A model generated the notes under the pieces. It searched no databases and had not been told where the DNA came from. It worked only from the letters and a program-made list of their open reading frames with translations. The position numbers and the translations under genes are program-made. A DNA stretch of 64,000 nucleotides, taken from assembly GCA_001600695.1 (NCBI GenBank), contig BCKQ01000003.1:904654-968653 (forward strand), read 5' to 3'. Shown here piece by piece: positions 12,401 through 24,448 of the stretch (the first letter of the stretch is position 1; every line of letters starts with the position of its first letter). The stretch is from Ascoidea asiatica JCM 7603 (Eukaryota; Fungi; Ascomycota).

Positions 12401-12877
12401 ATTTTTGTTTTAATGAATTGAATTGAATAGAATTGAATAGAATCTAAGTAGTTTAATCAATTGAAAAAAACAAGAATTGAAACTCAAGAAAAGAATCAAA
12501 TTCAATTTTATTCGAAGAATAGATTATTTCTTTACAATTGATAAAAAGATGTGAATAAATAAAATAATTGAACCAATAAAACCTATAAAAAGAATATAAA
12601 AAGAATATAAAAAACATAAAATAAACATAAAATAAAGGTTTAATTTAAACAAAGGCAAATTTCGAGTGGACAACTGGAGCCCGGAAGTGGAAGGCACGTG
12701 GATGGTCTGATTTGAACCCCGGAATTTAAAACAATAGAGCCCTGACATTTAGAGCCCTGTCGCTTAGAGCCCTACTTCCCAGAACCAAGCACAAAACCAA
12801 CCAAAAATATTTCAAAAAGAAGCAGACGAAGCAAAAGCACCAGAAGAAGAAGAAGAAGAAGAAAAGAAGAGTCAACT

Positions 12878-12970
12878 GAGGAAGAGGAAGAGGAAGAGGA
12901 AGAGGAAGAGGAAGAGGAAGAGGAAGAGGAAGAGGAAGAGGAAGAGGAAGAGGAAGAGGAAGAGGAAGAG
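12878..12970 (+). repeat. (GAGGAA)15.5 perfect polypurine microsatellite
   Basis: Read directly; preceded by a (GAA)n tract at 12843-12870. Confidence 0.97.
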
Positions 12971-12973
12971 CTT

Positions 12974-13843
12974 TTAGTTGATTTTCATGTATGTGATGGA
13001 ATTGTCTTGTTCTTTGATGAATGCTTTTATTAAAACTTTTTTTGGTTTATTTTTCATAATTTCATAATTAAATTTAAAATTATCATAATTATTATAATTA
13101 TCATTTAATTTTTCATTTAATCTTTCAAAATATAATTTATTATCTTTAAAATTATTTAATTTATTTTTTTCATTTTCATTTTTATTTAATTTATATTTAT
13201 ATTTATATTTAAATGAATATGTATTTATAAAATTTTTTAAAAAATCATTAATTAAATTACATTTTAAAATTTTAATTTTTGAAAAAATTAATTGATTTTT
13301 AAATATTAAATTTTTTTTAATTAAATTTAATTTTAAATATTTTAAATTTAATAAGAAATTTAAATTTAAATTTAAATTTCTTATTAAATTATTTTCATTA
13401 ATTAATTTATTAAAATTTCTAAATAATTTATCTTTTTTATTTAAAAAATTTATTAATTTTAACCTTTTAACAATAAAAATATTTGAATAATTTAATGAAT
13501 AATTTAATGATATTAAAATATTTTTATTAAATAATTCAAATTTTTTTTTTTTTATTAAATTTTTATTAAAAAAAAAATTTTTATTTAAAAATTCTTTAAT
13601 TAAAATTTGATTTTTTTTAAATTTATAAAAATTTATTATTTTTTTATTTTTTTCATTTAATTTTAATTCTTTAAAATAAAATTTATTAATTAATGTAAAA
13701 TTTTTAATATCTGGATAATCTAAATTATTTATAATAATTTTAAATAAAATTATATCAAATGGTAATTTACTTAATTCTCCATTTCCATTATAAATATTAT
13801 AAATATTACTATCCTCTTCTCTTTTAATATTAACTTGATTCAT
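12974..13843 (-). CDS. Divergent F-box-like protein, extremely K/N/I/L/F-biased
   Basis: LSKLPFDIILFKIIINNLDYPDIKNFTLINKFYFKEL fits the F-box pattern; remainder not recognised. Confidence 0.55.
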   Translation of the reverse strand: MNQVNIKREEDSNIYNIYNGNGELSKLPFDIILFKIIINNLDYPDIKNFTLINKFYFKELKLNEKNKKIINFYKFKKNQILIKEFLNKNFFFNKNLIKKKKFELFNKNILISLNYSLNYSNIFIVKRLKLINFLNKKDKLFRNFNKLINENNLIRNLNLNLNFLLNLKYLKLNLIKKNLIFKNQLIFSKIKILKCNLINDFLKNFINTYSFKYKYKYKLNKNENEKNKLNNFKDNKLYFERLNEKLNDNYNNYDNFKFNYEIMKNKPKKVLIKAFIKEQDNSITYMKIN

Positions 13844-14153
13844 TTGATAAAGTAGATTATTATAATTGAATGATTATGATTGAAAACTAAATGATTAGTT
13901 GATTAGTTGATTAGCTGATTGATTGATAGATAAATAGATGATTGATTGATAGATAGATGACTAGATGATTAGATAATTATATGACTAGATTAGATGATTA
14001 GATAAATAAGCAAATAGAGATTCAATTAGCAAATATATTCTTATTCGATGATTGATTATATATCTATTCGATGATTATTCAATGATTGATTATATATTTA
14101 TATATCTATTCATCTCATCCCTTGATAGTGTTAGTTAATATTGATATTAATAA

Positions 14154-14203
14154 AAGTACAGTAGTAAATACAGTAGTAAATACAGTAGTAAATACAGTAG
14201 TAA
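14154..14203 (+). repeat. 12-bp tandem repeat (TACAGTAGTAAA)x4
   Basis: Read directly. Confidence 0.9.
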
Positions 14204-14960
14204 AAATCAACACTGCTTCAGATTCTGAAACCGAGATATTTGAGACTATGAGATAATTGCTACGAAAGTGACTCAGTTCTTTAACTACTGCATAACAACC
14301 ATAAACAACCATGAATAACCTATTTAATAGATAAACAATAAATATATTAAATAAAGGAATAAATAAAAAAGTAAAAGATAAAAGAATAAAAGAATAAAGG
14401 AATAAATTAAGGTAAAAAAATAAACGAAATTAGTTTACTTTACTAATTCATTATTTATTAAAAGAACCCCTGATTGATTGATTGATTGATTGATTAAGTA
14501 ATGATTATGATTATGATTATGATTATGATTATCAAATTGTTTAATGTTTAATAGATAAGAGATTATTTAAATTTATTAAATGAATGACCCTTTTTTAAAA
14601 TTTAATAATAAATAATCTTTTAAAAAATTTAAGGGTTTAAAATTTGATTTACTATTTGTAATTTATAATTGAAATACAATAGAAGTAAATAAACAAAAAA
14701 ATTTAAGAATTAATTAATCATTAAGATATTGAATTAGAATTAGAATTATAAACTGAAAACTTTTACATATAAATTTTTTTTTTTTTTGAGGTTAAAAAAA
14801 AAAAAAAGTTAACGTTAAGATAAGGTAAGATAAGATAAGATAAATAAAAATAAAAAAGAATAAAGAATAAAGAAATTAGAAATTAGAAAGAATAATGATT
14901 ATTTATATTAAATTTGAATAAATTAATTAAAATTTAATAGATAAAAAATTCATTAATTTT

Positions 14961-16406
14961 CTATGATTTTTCAGCAGATGGAGCTGAATCTTCAGCAGCT
15001 GGAACAATTGCAGAAGTACGAGATTTAATACTTCTAATTGGTTGAGGAATATACATCTGATTTTCATCTTCATCTTGTGTTGTCCATTCACCAATTTCTG
15101 CACCATCTGTACCTAATTCTTCTTCTTCTGGTTTTAATCTTAATTTAAGAAATGGAATTTTATCCATTATAAATAAAATTATATATGTAACACAAAATGC
15201 CCATAAATCAGTTGAACAACATGCAGCTAATTGATAACCTAATTGTTTATAATGATGATTTAACCAACCACCAGAAATAGAAGTTGAACCATCAGTTGCA
15301 GCAATATAATCAGCTGCAAATAATCCTGTTAATACAGAACCAGTAAAACCACCAACAGCATGTAATGAAAATACATCCATACCATCATCAATATGAATAA
15401 GTTTTTTAATATCAACAGCAAAATTACATGCAATTGCAGTTAAACAACCAATTGGTACAGCAAAATAAACAGGTACAAAACCTGCAGCTGGAGTTATACC
15501 AACTAAACCTGCAATTGCTCCACAACATAAACCAACAGTTGTATATTTTTTACCACATCTAAAATAATCAACAAACATCCAAGTTAAAGCACCAACAGAA
15601 GCTGCTAAATTTGTATTAACACAAGCATAATATGATCTAATTGTTGAATTACCTGTTGAACCACCATTAAAACCAAACCATCCAAACCAAAGAAAAACTG
15701 TACCTAAAACTAAATATGTTACAGAATGTGGTTTATATTTTGGTAAACCTATTGAAGTTATTGGATCATGTCTTTTACCTAAAATTAATGCATAAGCTAA
15801 AGCACCACAACCACTTGTTTGATGAACAGGACCACCACCTGCAAAATCTAAAGCACCTAAAACTGTTAACCAACCTTTTGGATTCCAAGTCCAATATGCT
15901 ATTGGACAATAAACAACAGTCATCCAAATAAATAAAAAAACCATCATTGGACCTAATCTTGCTCTTTCACAAGCTCCACCTAACATAAGTGCACCAGTAA
16001 TTGCAGCAAACATACCTTGATAAAAACAAAATAAAATATCAGGTACTGTTGAAGTTACAGCAGGTGCACCTAAAACATCTTTTAAACAAAAATTTGTTAA
16101 AGTACCTAAAAAATTTGAACCATCATGAGAAAAAGCTAATGAATAACCCCACCAAAACCATTGAAATGTGACTAAAGAAGTTGCCATAATTGAAGCCCAA
16201 ATTAAAGATAAAGCATGTTTTTTACGTGCCATTCCAGAATATAATAAACCAACACCAGGTATAATCATTATAAATACTAAAACTGAAGAAATTCCAATCC
16301 ATACCATATCTGCAGCAATAAATTGAGTATTTAAATCTACAGTTAATGAATCACCACCAGTACCAGTACCTGTAAGGCCTGAAGGTAATGCAGTTTCTTC
16401 AGACAT
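14961..16406 (-). CDS. MEP2: High-affinity ammonium permease/transceptor
   Basis: GTGGDSLTVDLNTQF, DFAGGGPVH, LWFGWFGFNGGS, twin His retained (PVHQTSG, FSLHAVGG), tail IPQPIRS. Confidence 0.96.
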   Translation of the reverse strand: MSEETALPSGLTGTGTGGDSLTVDLNTQFIAADMVWIGISSVLVFIMIIPGVGLLYSGMARKKHALSLIWASIMATSLVTFQWFWWGYSLAFSHDGSNFLGTLTNFCLKDVLGAPAVTSTVPDILFCFYQGMFAAITGALMLGGACERARLGPMMVFLFIWMTVVYCPIAYWTWNPKGWLTVLGALDFAGGGPVHQTSGCGALAYALILGKRHDPITSIGLPKYKPHSVTYLVLGTVFLWFGWFGFNGGSTGNSTIRSYYACVNTNLAASVGALTWMFVDYFRCGKKYTTVGLCCGAIAGLVGITPAAGFVPVYFAVPIGCLTAIACNFAVDIKKLIHIDDGMDVFSLHAVGGFTGSVLTGLFAADYIAATDGSTSISGGWLNHHYKQLGYQLAACCSTDLWAFCVTYIILFIMDKIPFLKLRLKPEEEELGTDGAEIGEWTTQDEDENQMYIPQPIRSIKSRTSAIVPAAEDSAPSAEKS

Positions 16407-18083
16407 TATCTATTGTACTTTTTTACTTTTTTACTTAATTACTTAATTATTTAGTTCCTTGATTGATTGATTGATTGAATGAATATAATCTTAAATCCTA
16501 GAGTTTAATAAATGAATAATATACAATAGAATTATAAGAAATGATTTATAAATTATTTATAAATTCAAATCAATTGAAGTAAGTTATGAATTCGAGAAGT
16601 GAAAACAAAACAAAAGAAAAGAAAACAAAACAAAACAAAAACAAAAGAAAGAAGAAAGAAGAAAAGAATTAAAAGAAGTAAAAGAGGTTTATTAATTGTT
16701 TTACAAATGAGAGCGAAATTGAAGTATTAAATATTATTTCTCAAAACTTAAGTTTATAAGTTTATAAGTTTATAAGCTTAAGTTTAAACTCACAAATTCA
16801 AATATCAAAGCTTAGTAAAGTTACCGTTACACTTCTCAATACACTTGATCAATACACTTGATACGCTTACCATTACCATTATTGTATTTTATTTTATTTT
16901 ACTTAGACAAATATACCTAAAAAATGAGTTTTATAAAAGATTTTAAATTAAACTTCTTAAAACCCATAATTATTTGATAATTATTTGATAATTATTATAT
17001 ATTTCAATTTAAATTAATTTTAGAATATTTAGTTTTGGAATGGAGCCACTGATGCCTAGTAAAAAAGAAGCTAAAAATATTTAAAAAGATTTAAAAAGAT
17101 TTAAAAATATTTAATTTATAAAATTTTATTAAATAAAATTATATTTTTATTTTTACGAGCATTTAATGAATTTATTAAAAACCAATAAAATGTATTAAAT
17201 TGACAAAAAGAAAACCGGGATATGCAAAATATTGCAATTCCAATCATATACAGTATAATTTTCAAAATTGAATTGTGTGAGTGATTCATATGAAAAAGGA
17301 TTAGTGAAATATATTTGTATCTATTTTAGATCCTTTAAGTCTTTTACATCTTTTACATCTTTTATATCTTTTCTGTTCTTCATCTTCTTCTTCTGCTTCT
17401 TCTTCTTCTTCTTCTTCTTCTTTATATTCTGTTTCATTGATTTTACACTAAATTCCAGGGTGCTGAAGAAGCCCAAAAGAGCTGGAGCTGGAGCTGGAGC
17501 TTCCACTGTTATCCAGCCAATCAGCGCACTGAACACCGGTCCAAGAACCCAAGAATCCAAGAATTCCCTCAGAGAGTTGGAGACTTGGCGAATGCTGAAG
17601 AAAACGCTGTGAAGACGATGGCAAAGACGCTGTGAAGACTCTTTCTTGGCTAAGAATGGCTCGTATTCTTCTTGTGGTGTCTCTCGCAGTTCCACCAGAG
17701 TTTCGTGTTTCTGCTGACTTTGCTGACTTTGCTGACTGTTCTCGGAAAATGATCAGCACACACAGCTTCAAAGGAGATCTCTCGCCAGAAGAACCATTTC
17801 CAGAAGGTTCTGCTCGTGACAAAGACGTTTCGGCGACCTTTCGAAGCAGAAGAGCCTGAATCGGAGTGGGAATAGTGCAAAACTTCGCAATATTGCAACG
17901 GCGCCAGTGCTTACATAGCACAAAACACGCCAACTTTGTCACTAAGAACTGTGCACTCTTACACAGAGCTTGAACGCGACTCACCGGCTATAACTAGGGT
18001 ACGCTTTAATATACAGAAATTATGAGTTTTGTTCTTCTTTGAATTGCTTCTTTTTTTAAAAATGGCCTTCTTCATCCAACTCC

Positions 18084-18378
18084 TGACTCAACAGCTACAG
18101 AGATAAGAGCTGTATAGCCAATAAAAGTTTGTTGGCTTATCTACACCTTTTAAGTTCAAGGGAATCTGCAGGATGCTATTATGGTCGCAAGGATACAAGG
18201 ACCGTTTACAGCATTGCATTGCGTTGGCTTGATATCTAGTTACTATTCTAGGTTCAGACTCGCGTTTGATTCCATCTTTATTACCAGGTTATTCGTTTCT
18301 GAATCCTCGTATTTCGTATTCTTCACCTGAAATCTGCTTATCTTTTCAACTCCTCAGACCCCTGTCCCATTCACGTGA
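18084..18378. promoter_or_regulatory. Nitrogen-responsive UAS candidate for MEP2: GATAAG/CTTATC x3, Gcn4/AP-1 site, Cbf1-type site
   Basis: TGACTCA 18084; GATAAG 18102; CTTATC 18136 and 18337; TCACGTGA 18371. Confidence 0.5.
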
Positions 18379-18892
18379 ATCAAGTGGCTAGTTGTCCTGT
18401 AATTTCCGATTAACTTAACTAAGTTTTTAAAAATTCTCATTTCGGCTTTTTAATTTCCCTAATTGTAATTTTAACAACTCGGGAACTTCAGGGGCTTAAT
18501 TTGAATTGAAAATTGAAAACTGAAAATTGAAAAATTATAAATTGAAAAATTATAAATCTTTATTCCCAGATTCGAACCGGTGAACTTTTTAAAAAATCTT
18601 TGAATTCCGGTTATCAAATCAGGTGACATAATTCCAAATACCCTCGTATTTACTTTATCAAAATGTTAGGGCTCTAATAACATCTGATCAGAGCCCTGCT
18701 ATCAATTTTATTAAGATTTTATTAACTATTGGAATTCTAATGAAAAAAATATAAATAAATAAATAAATAAATAAATAAATATTCAATCAATAAATAAAAT
18801 AACAATTCATTCAATAAATCATTCAATAAACAAATTAATAAAATATTCAATAAAATATTCAATAAATTATTCAATAAACTATTCAATTCATA

Positions 18893-19987
18893 ATGTGGAA
18901 ATCTAATATTGATTACTCTTCAAATCGTCATTTAACTGATAATATTCATAAATTAATAAATAATGATATAAATTTAAATAATAATAATAATAATACTAGT
19001 AGTAATAACACTAATAATAACACTAATAATAACTCTAATAATAATGATAAAATTAAAATTATACCTTTAATAAATTCAAAAAATTCTTTATCTCAATTAT
19101 ATAATAAATCTTCTTCTTTTCATTTTAATAAAAAATATATACCAAATGATGCTTTAAAACAAAAAATTTTATCAAAAAATAATTTAATTTCAAATTCTAA
19201 TTCAAATTTAAAAAAATCTAAATTAAATTCTAATTCTAATTCTAATTCTAATTCTAATTCTAATTCTAATTCTAATTCATTCAATTCAAATACAATTGAA
19301 ATTGAAATTAAAAGAATTTTAATAAATTTATTATTTTGGTCAATATTTAAAATTTTAAAAAATTTTTTATTAATTTTTAAAATTTTTAAAAAAATCTTAA
19401 TTAATAATTGGTTTTTATATTATTTCTTATTAAGTTTTCAAATTTTATTTATTTTAAATATTTTTATGGGATTTTATAATATTTTATTTAAAAAATTCTT
19501 TAATAATTATTTTTATTTTTATTTACCAACAATTTTTTTTAAAATTTTAAATTTAAATTCAAATAAAAATAATATTATTGATAATATTAATAATAATAAA
19601 AATAATAATAATATTAATAATATTAATAATAATAATGAATTTGAAGATACTTCTTTAAAAAATTTATCAAAAATTAATTCATTATCTTCTAAATCTTCTT
19701 TCAATTCAAATTCAAATACCAAGATTTCATTAAATTCTAAGAATAAATCTCAATCTTTTAATGAAAATTTAAATAAAAATTTAAATACAAAAAAAAATAA
19801 TTTCAATTCTTCTTTTAATCCATCTTCTTTCTCTTTAAATAATAATAATATAAATAATAATATAAATAATAATATAAATAATAATCAAAATAATAATCAA
19901 AATTCTTCTTCTACATTCAAACCAAGTGCTAAATATCTTTATATGATGAATACTCCAACTTTAATAAGAAAAAATGGTTATTATTGA
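18893..19987 (+). CDS. POM34: Nuclear pore membrane protein Pom34-like
   Basis: EIEIKRILINLLFWSIF and LFILNIFMGFYNIL transmembrane segments; C-terminal FKPSAKYLYMMN resembles the Pom34 tail YIPSSKYxYMMN. Confidence 0.75.
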   Translation: MWKSNIDYSSNRHLTDNIHKLINNDINLNNNNNNTSSNNTNNNTNNNSNNNDKIKIIPLINSKNSLSQLYNKSSSFHFNKKYIPNDALKQKILSKNNLISNSNSNLKKSKLNSNSNSNSNSNSNSNSNSFNSNTIEIEIKRILINLLFWSIFKILKNFLLIFKIFKKILINNWFLYYFLLSFQILFILNIFMGFYNILFKKFFNNYFYFYLPTIFFKILNLNSNKNNIIDNINNNKNNNNINNINNNNEFEDTSLKNLSKINSLSSKSSFNSNSNTKISLNSKNKSQSFNENLNKNLNTKKNNFNSSFNPSSFSLNNNNINNNINNNINNNQNNNQNSSSTFKPSAKYLYMMNTPTLIRKNGYY

Positions 19988-20289
19988 ATTAGTTATATAT
20001 ATATATAGCAAAATAGTAAATAAAAAAATGTTGAAATTTCAATATATAAGAATTAAATAGAATTAATAATTAAGTAAAAAAATTAAAAAATGTATTATTA
20101 TTATTATTATAATTATTATTATTATAATTATTGAAATTATTGAAATTATTGAAATTATTGAAATTATTATTAGAAAAAAAAGTAGAATAAATGAATGAAA
20201 ACAACAACTTTCTCTCTTATAATAAAAAATAAAAGAAGAGAAATTTAATAAAAACTTATTTTTTTTTAAAAACAAAAAAACAAAAAAAT

Positions 20290-20359
20290 AAAAGATTGAA
20301 AACAAAAGATTGAAAACAAAAGATTGAAAACAAAAGATTGAAAACAAAAGATTGAAAAC
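20290..20359 (+). repeat. 14-bp tandem repeat (AAAAGATTGAAAAC)x5 between convergent genes
   Basis: Read directly. Confidence 0.92.
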
Positions 20360-20579
20360 TGAAGATATTTAAAATAATTATAATGATATAATTAAATAAA
20401 TAAGTTAGTTAATTTATAAAAAAAATTAAATAAAAATATTATAAGTTTAAGTAAAATTATAAATTTAAATAAATATTAGTTAGAATAAATAAGTATAAGA
20501 AAAAATTTGAACAAAAAAACAAAAATAAACAAAAAAAAGGTAAATAAAAAAGTAAATAAAAAAGTAAATAAATAATAGA

Positions 20580-22205
20580 TTAAATATTGACATCAAGAAC
20601 TAGACTAACATCATCAACATTTGATTTTGAAAGATCTTCTAAGAAAGGTAAAAGATCTAATAATTCATTGTCATGAGTATCAGAGAACCAGCTCGATATT
20701 GGGACAGCATGTTGTGGATGAAATATATAAGAAGCAGTAGAATTATCAATAATTATAGTTTCTTCTAAAGGTCTACCAATTTGAGATAAATTTTTAATAT
20801 AATTACCTTCATAAGTATAACAACTTTCTCTAAATAATCTATGATGAACAATTTTATGTATATCTAATTCATCAATAACAGGATCACCATATTTTGAAAC
20901 ACTTGCAGTAAAAATTACAACTTCAAATAATTCTCCAACTTTTTTCATAAATTGATCAACACCAGGACGTTTAATAACATAAACATTATGAACAGCATTA
21001 TCAATTTCTACAGGTATTACAAAATCTGCAGATCTTGAATATTTAAAAGAAGAATGAACTAAAGTTTCATCAAGATCTAAAATTAAACATTTTCTATTTT
21101 TTAAATTATTTGGTTTATTTTCTAATAACCAACCAGTTGAAGCTATAACTTGATCAGGTTGAATTGCAGTTAAATCTAATTCTTCATCATCTAAATCATA
21201 ATCTTGATCTTGGTTTTGATCTTGGTTTTGATCTTGGTTTTGATCTTGGTTTTGATCTTGGTTTTGATCTTGATCTTGGTTTTGGTCATTATCATTGTCA
21301 ATATCATGATTATTATTTTGAATATTTGGTTGTCGAGAAATGATTTTATTTTGAATATCTTTAGTATTATTATCAATAGTTGAATTATCATTATTTGAAT
21401 TTGATTTAGTAATTGTATTATTATCTATATCATTATTATCTTGAATATTATTTTGTATATTATTTTGTATAATATCTTTTGAATCAATTTTTATATCATT
21501 TTGTATATTATTTTGTATATTATTTTGTATATTATTTTGTATATTATTTTGTTTATCAATTTGAATAATATCATTAGTTTTAGGACTCATTTCTTTTTGA
21601 TTAATTTGATTAATTTGATTAATTTGATTATTGATGAGTATATTTTTATTATATGAGGAATTTCTTTTTTTCTGTTTATCTTTATCTTTATTTTTTTCTT
21701 TATCTTTTATTTTATCTATTATTTTATTTTTAGTTTTATCTTTATCTTTAATATCTTTAATATCTTTAATAGGAAGTTTTGATTGATTAATATTTTTATT
21801 ATTATTAATTGAAATTGGTTCATTATTTGTAGTTGAAGAATAAGTTGTTGAACTTGAAGAATTATTATTATCGTCAATTGAATTAATTAAATTTTTATTA
21901 TCTTTATCAATTTTATCGATTGTATTACTATTACTATTGTTATTATTATTCTTATTATTCTTATTATTCTTATTATTCTTATTATTCTTATTATTCTTAT
22001 TATTATTATTTTTATTTGAGGATAGTTTTTTTTTATTATTTGTATTTAAAGAAGAAGAAGAATTATTTTTAATTGTTGTACCAGTATTAATTAAAGATTT
22101 TTTATCAGATTTTGAATTATTTGAAGAATTTCTTTTTGATTTTGAAGAATTTGAAGAATTTGAATTTGATGAGCAACATAAAATTGTAGATATTAATTTA
22201 TCCAT
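20580..22205 (-). CDS. PSR1: Psr1/Psr2 plasma-membrane SCP-family HAD phosphatase
   Basis: N-terminal ISTILCC; [41 protein letters not shown]. Confidence 0.94.
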   Translation of the reverse strand: MDKLISTILCCSSNSNSSNSSKSKRNSSNNSKSDKKSLINTGTTIKNNSSSSLNTNNKKKLSSNKNNNNKNNKNNKNNKNNKNNKNNNNNSNSNTIDKIDKDNKNLINSIDDNNNSSSSTTYSSTTNNEPISINNNKNINQSKLPIKDIKDIKDKDKTKNKIIDKIKDKEKNKDKDKQKKRNSSYNKNILINNQINQINQINQKEMSPKTNDIIQIDKQNNIQNNIQNNIQNNIQNDIKIDSKDIIQNNIQNNIQDNNDIDNNTITKSNSNNDNSTIDNNTKDIQNKIISRQPNIQNNNHDIDNDNDQNQDQDQNQDQNQDQNQDQNQDQNQDQDYDLDDEELDLTAIQPDQVIASTGWLLENKPNNLKNRKCLILDLDETLVHSSFKYSRSADFVIPVEIDNAVHNVYVIKRPGVDQFMKKVGELFEVVIFTASVSKYGDPVIDELDIHKIVHHRLFRESCYTYEGNYIKNLSQIGRPLEETIIIDNSTASYIFHPQHAVPISSWFSDTHDNELLDLLPFLEDLSKSNVDDVSLVLDVNI

Positions 22206-23161
22206 TGAAAAAAAGATTAAGAGATATATAATATATATAATATTATAATAATATATTATAATATATTATTAATTTTATTATACAAATATATAAATGATAA
22301 TTTGATGTGATGATATATATATATTAATAAATTTTAATAAGTAAACAAACAAATAGTTTATAAAAATAAAAAAAAAAAAATGAATATATTTAACTTTAGA
22401 CTATTTATTGTTTAAAAAAGGAAAATTCATTTGCCAACATCAAAATATAAATAAAGAAGTTGTATAAACAATTGATGTTTTGTAATAGTGAAAGTATTGA
22501 AGATGATTAGATGTAATTCACCTACTGTTCTTTTATTTGATTGTATTCTTGAATGAATACTTTTGATGTATTTGGAATATATGTGATATATATGTGATAT
22601 ATATCTGAATATATCTGAATATATCTGAATATATCTGGTATAAATTTGATAACTTTGAAATATTTCTGATAATTCTGATATTTCTGGTGTTTTTGAGATT
22701 TCTGCAGCGGGAAAAGCTCTGTTTTTTCTAAAACTCTGCGCGTGCACACGGCCAATGAGAGAAAATTCTGCAACGCTGCAAAGCGGAAGCAGCACGTGAC
22801 GCCACTGCTGCCTGTTCTCTTCGGGTCGGATCTCTCTCCGCACGTGTCTTTTGTCTCTGTTTTTTGTGGCTTTGTCTCGTTTCTGTCTTTGTTTTTGTGT
22901 TTTTGTGTTTTGTGTTTTATTTTTGGCCTGCTTTGTTTTTTTTGCCACCTGAAGGAGATCTGTCCCGGGTAACGGTCTCGGGACAATTGCTGTTTAAATG
23001 TCCCGTTCCGCGTTTCGGAAACTCAATCTGAAAATTTATGTGATCCACAAACTTGGTCTCCAAACCTAAATTTAATTTTTATTTCTAGAATAACTAGAAT
23101 AACTAGAATAAACTATATATATTAACAACTAAATCTTACAAAGGGATTGAAAACCTTTCTT

Positions 23162-24404
23162 TTATTCTTCCTCAGACGGGAGTAAATCAAGTTCTTCTTC
23201 TAATTCTGCAAAAAAATCTGCATCCATATCTGATTCAATTCCATCTTCACTCTCAGATTTATTTCCATTTCCATTTCCATTTCCATTGTCATTTACATTT
23301 ACATTTACATTTGAAACATCAATATTCTCTTTTTCTTTCTTATTTTGATTATCATTCTTATCTTTACTATTTTCATTATTTTCATTATTTACAATTTTAT
23401 TCATATTTTTATCTTCCTCTATTATTTTAATTCTTTTATTACCTTCATCTTTTGTTTTTAATGGTGAAAGTGCTTTTCTTTTCTTGATTATAACTCCTTC
23501 TGGTTCATTTATTTCTATTTTACTTTTTTCTTTCATTATATCTTTATTTTCTTTCTCATTTTCATTTTCATTTTCATTTTCATTTTCATTATCTTTATTC
23601 TTTTCATAATCATTGTCATCATCACTTTCTTCTTCATCTTCATCTTCTTCTTCTTCTGATGAAGACTCATTTAAAAAATCATCAATTTCTTTATCAATAT
23701 CATTATCTTTCCATAAATCTTCATTTGTCACTTCTTCTTCATTATCTTTCCAATTCCCATTCATATTACTCTTATTATATTCATCTGCATCTGCATCTCC
23801 ATTTTCATTATTCAGTATATTTTCATTCATTACATTATTATCTATACCTCCATTTATATCTTCTTTTAAATTCATTAGATCATTTTCATATTCATTCTCA
23901 TACTCATTATCATTCTCATTCTCATTTTCATTTTCATTTTCATTTTTATCTTGAATTTTTTGTTCCATTTTATACCTCCTTAACTCTTCCGAAGTTAATT
24001 TTATTTTATTATTATTATTTTTATCATTACTATTATTATTATCAAGATTAAATTCAAATTTTTTTTCTTCAATTCTTTCAAAATTTACTATACATTTAAA
24101 TATCCAATCTGGATGAACAATTTTAATATTATCTGAATAAAAAAATCTACCAATTCTTGCTTTATATGTATTAGGATTTCTACAAATAATATGTGTAACT
24201 TTTTTATTAACTTCTGTTGAAATTTTAGCTCCAAATGATTTTATCCATATTATTGTATCATTAAAATTTATATCAATATTTCTTGGAAAAATTCCTGAAA
24301 ATAAAAATACACAATCTTTAAATATTTCTAATTTCATTTTTGGTATAATATCTTCAATATCTGGAATTTTGTTTAAATTTATCATTTTATTTCTTTTCCT
24401 ACTC

Positions 24405-24448
<44 letters not shown>

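Noticed and set aside
17268-17984. Five overlapping ORFs on both strands
   Set aside because: By-product of a GC-rich promoter island and simple repeats; no recognisable domains and codon usage unlike the real genes
22427-22986. Three overlapping ORFs between PSR1 and FCP1
   Set aside because: Same GC-island and microsatellite effect; the region holds two CACGTG sites and looks like the PSR1 promoter
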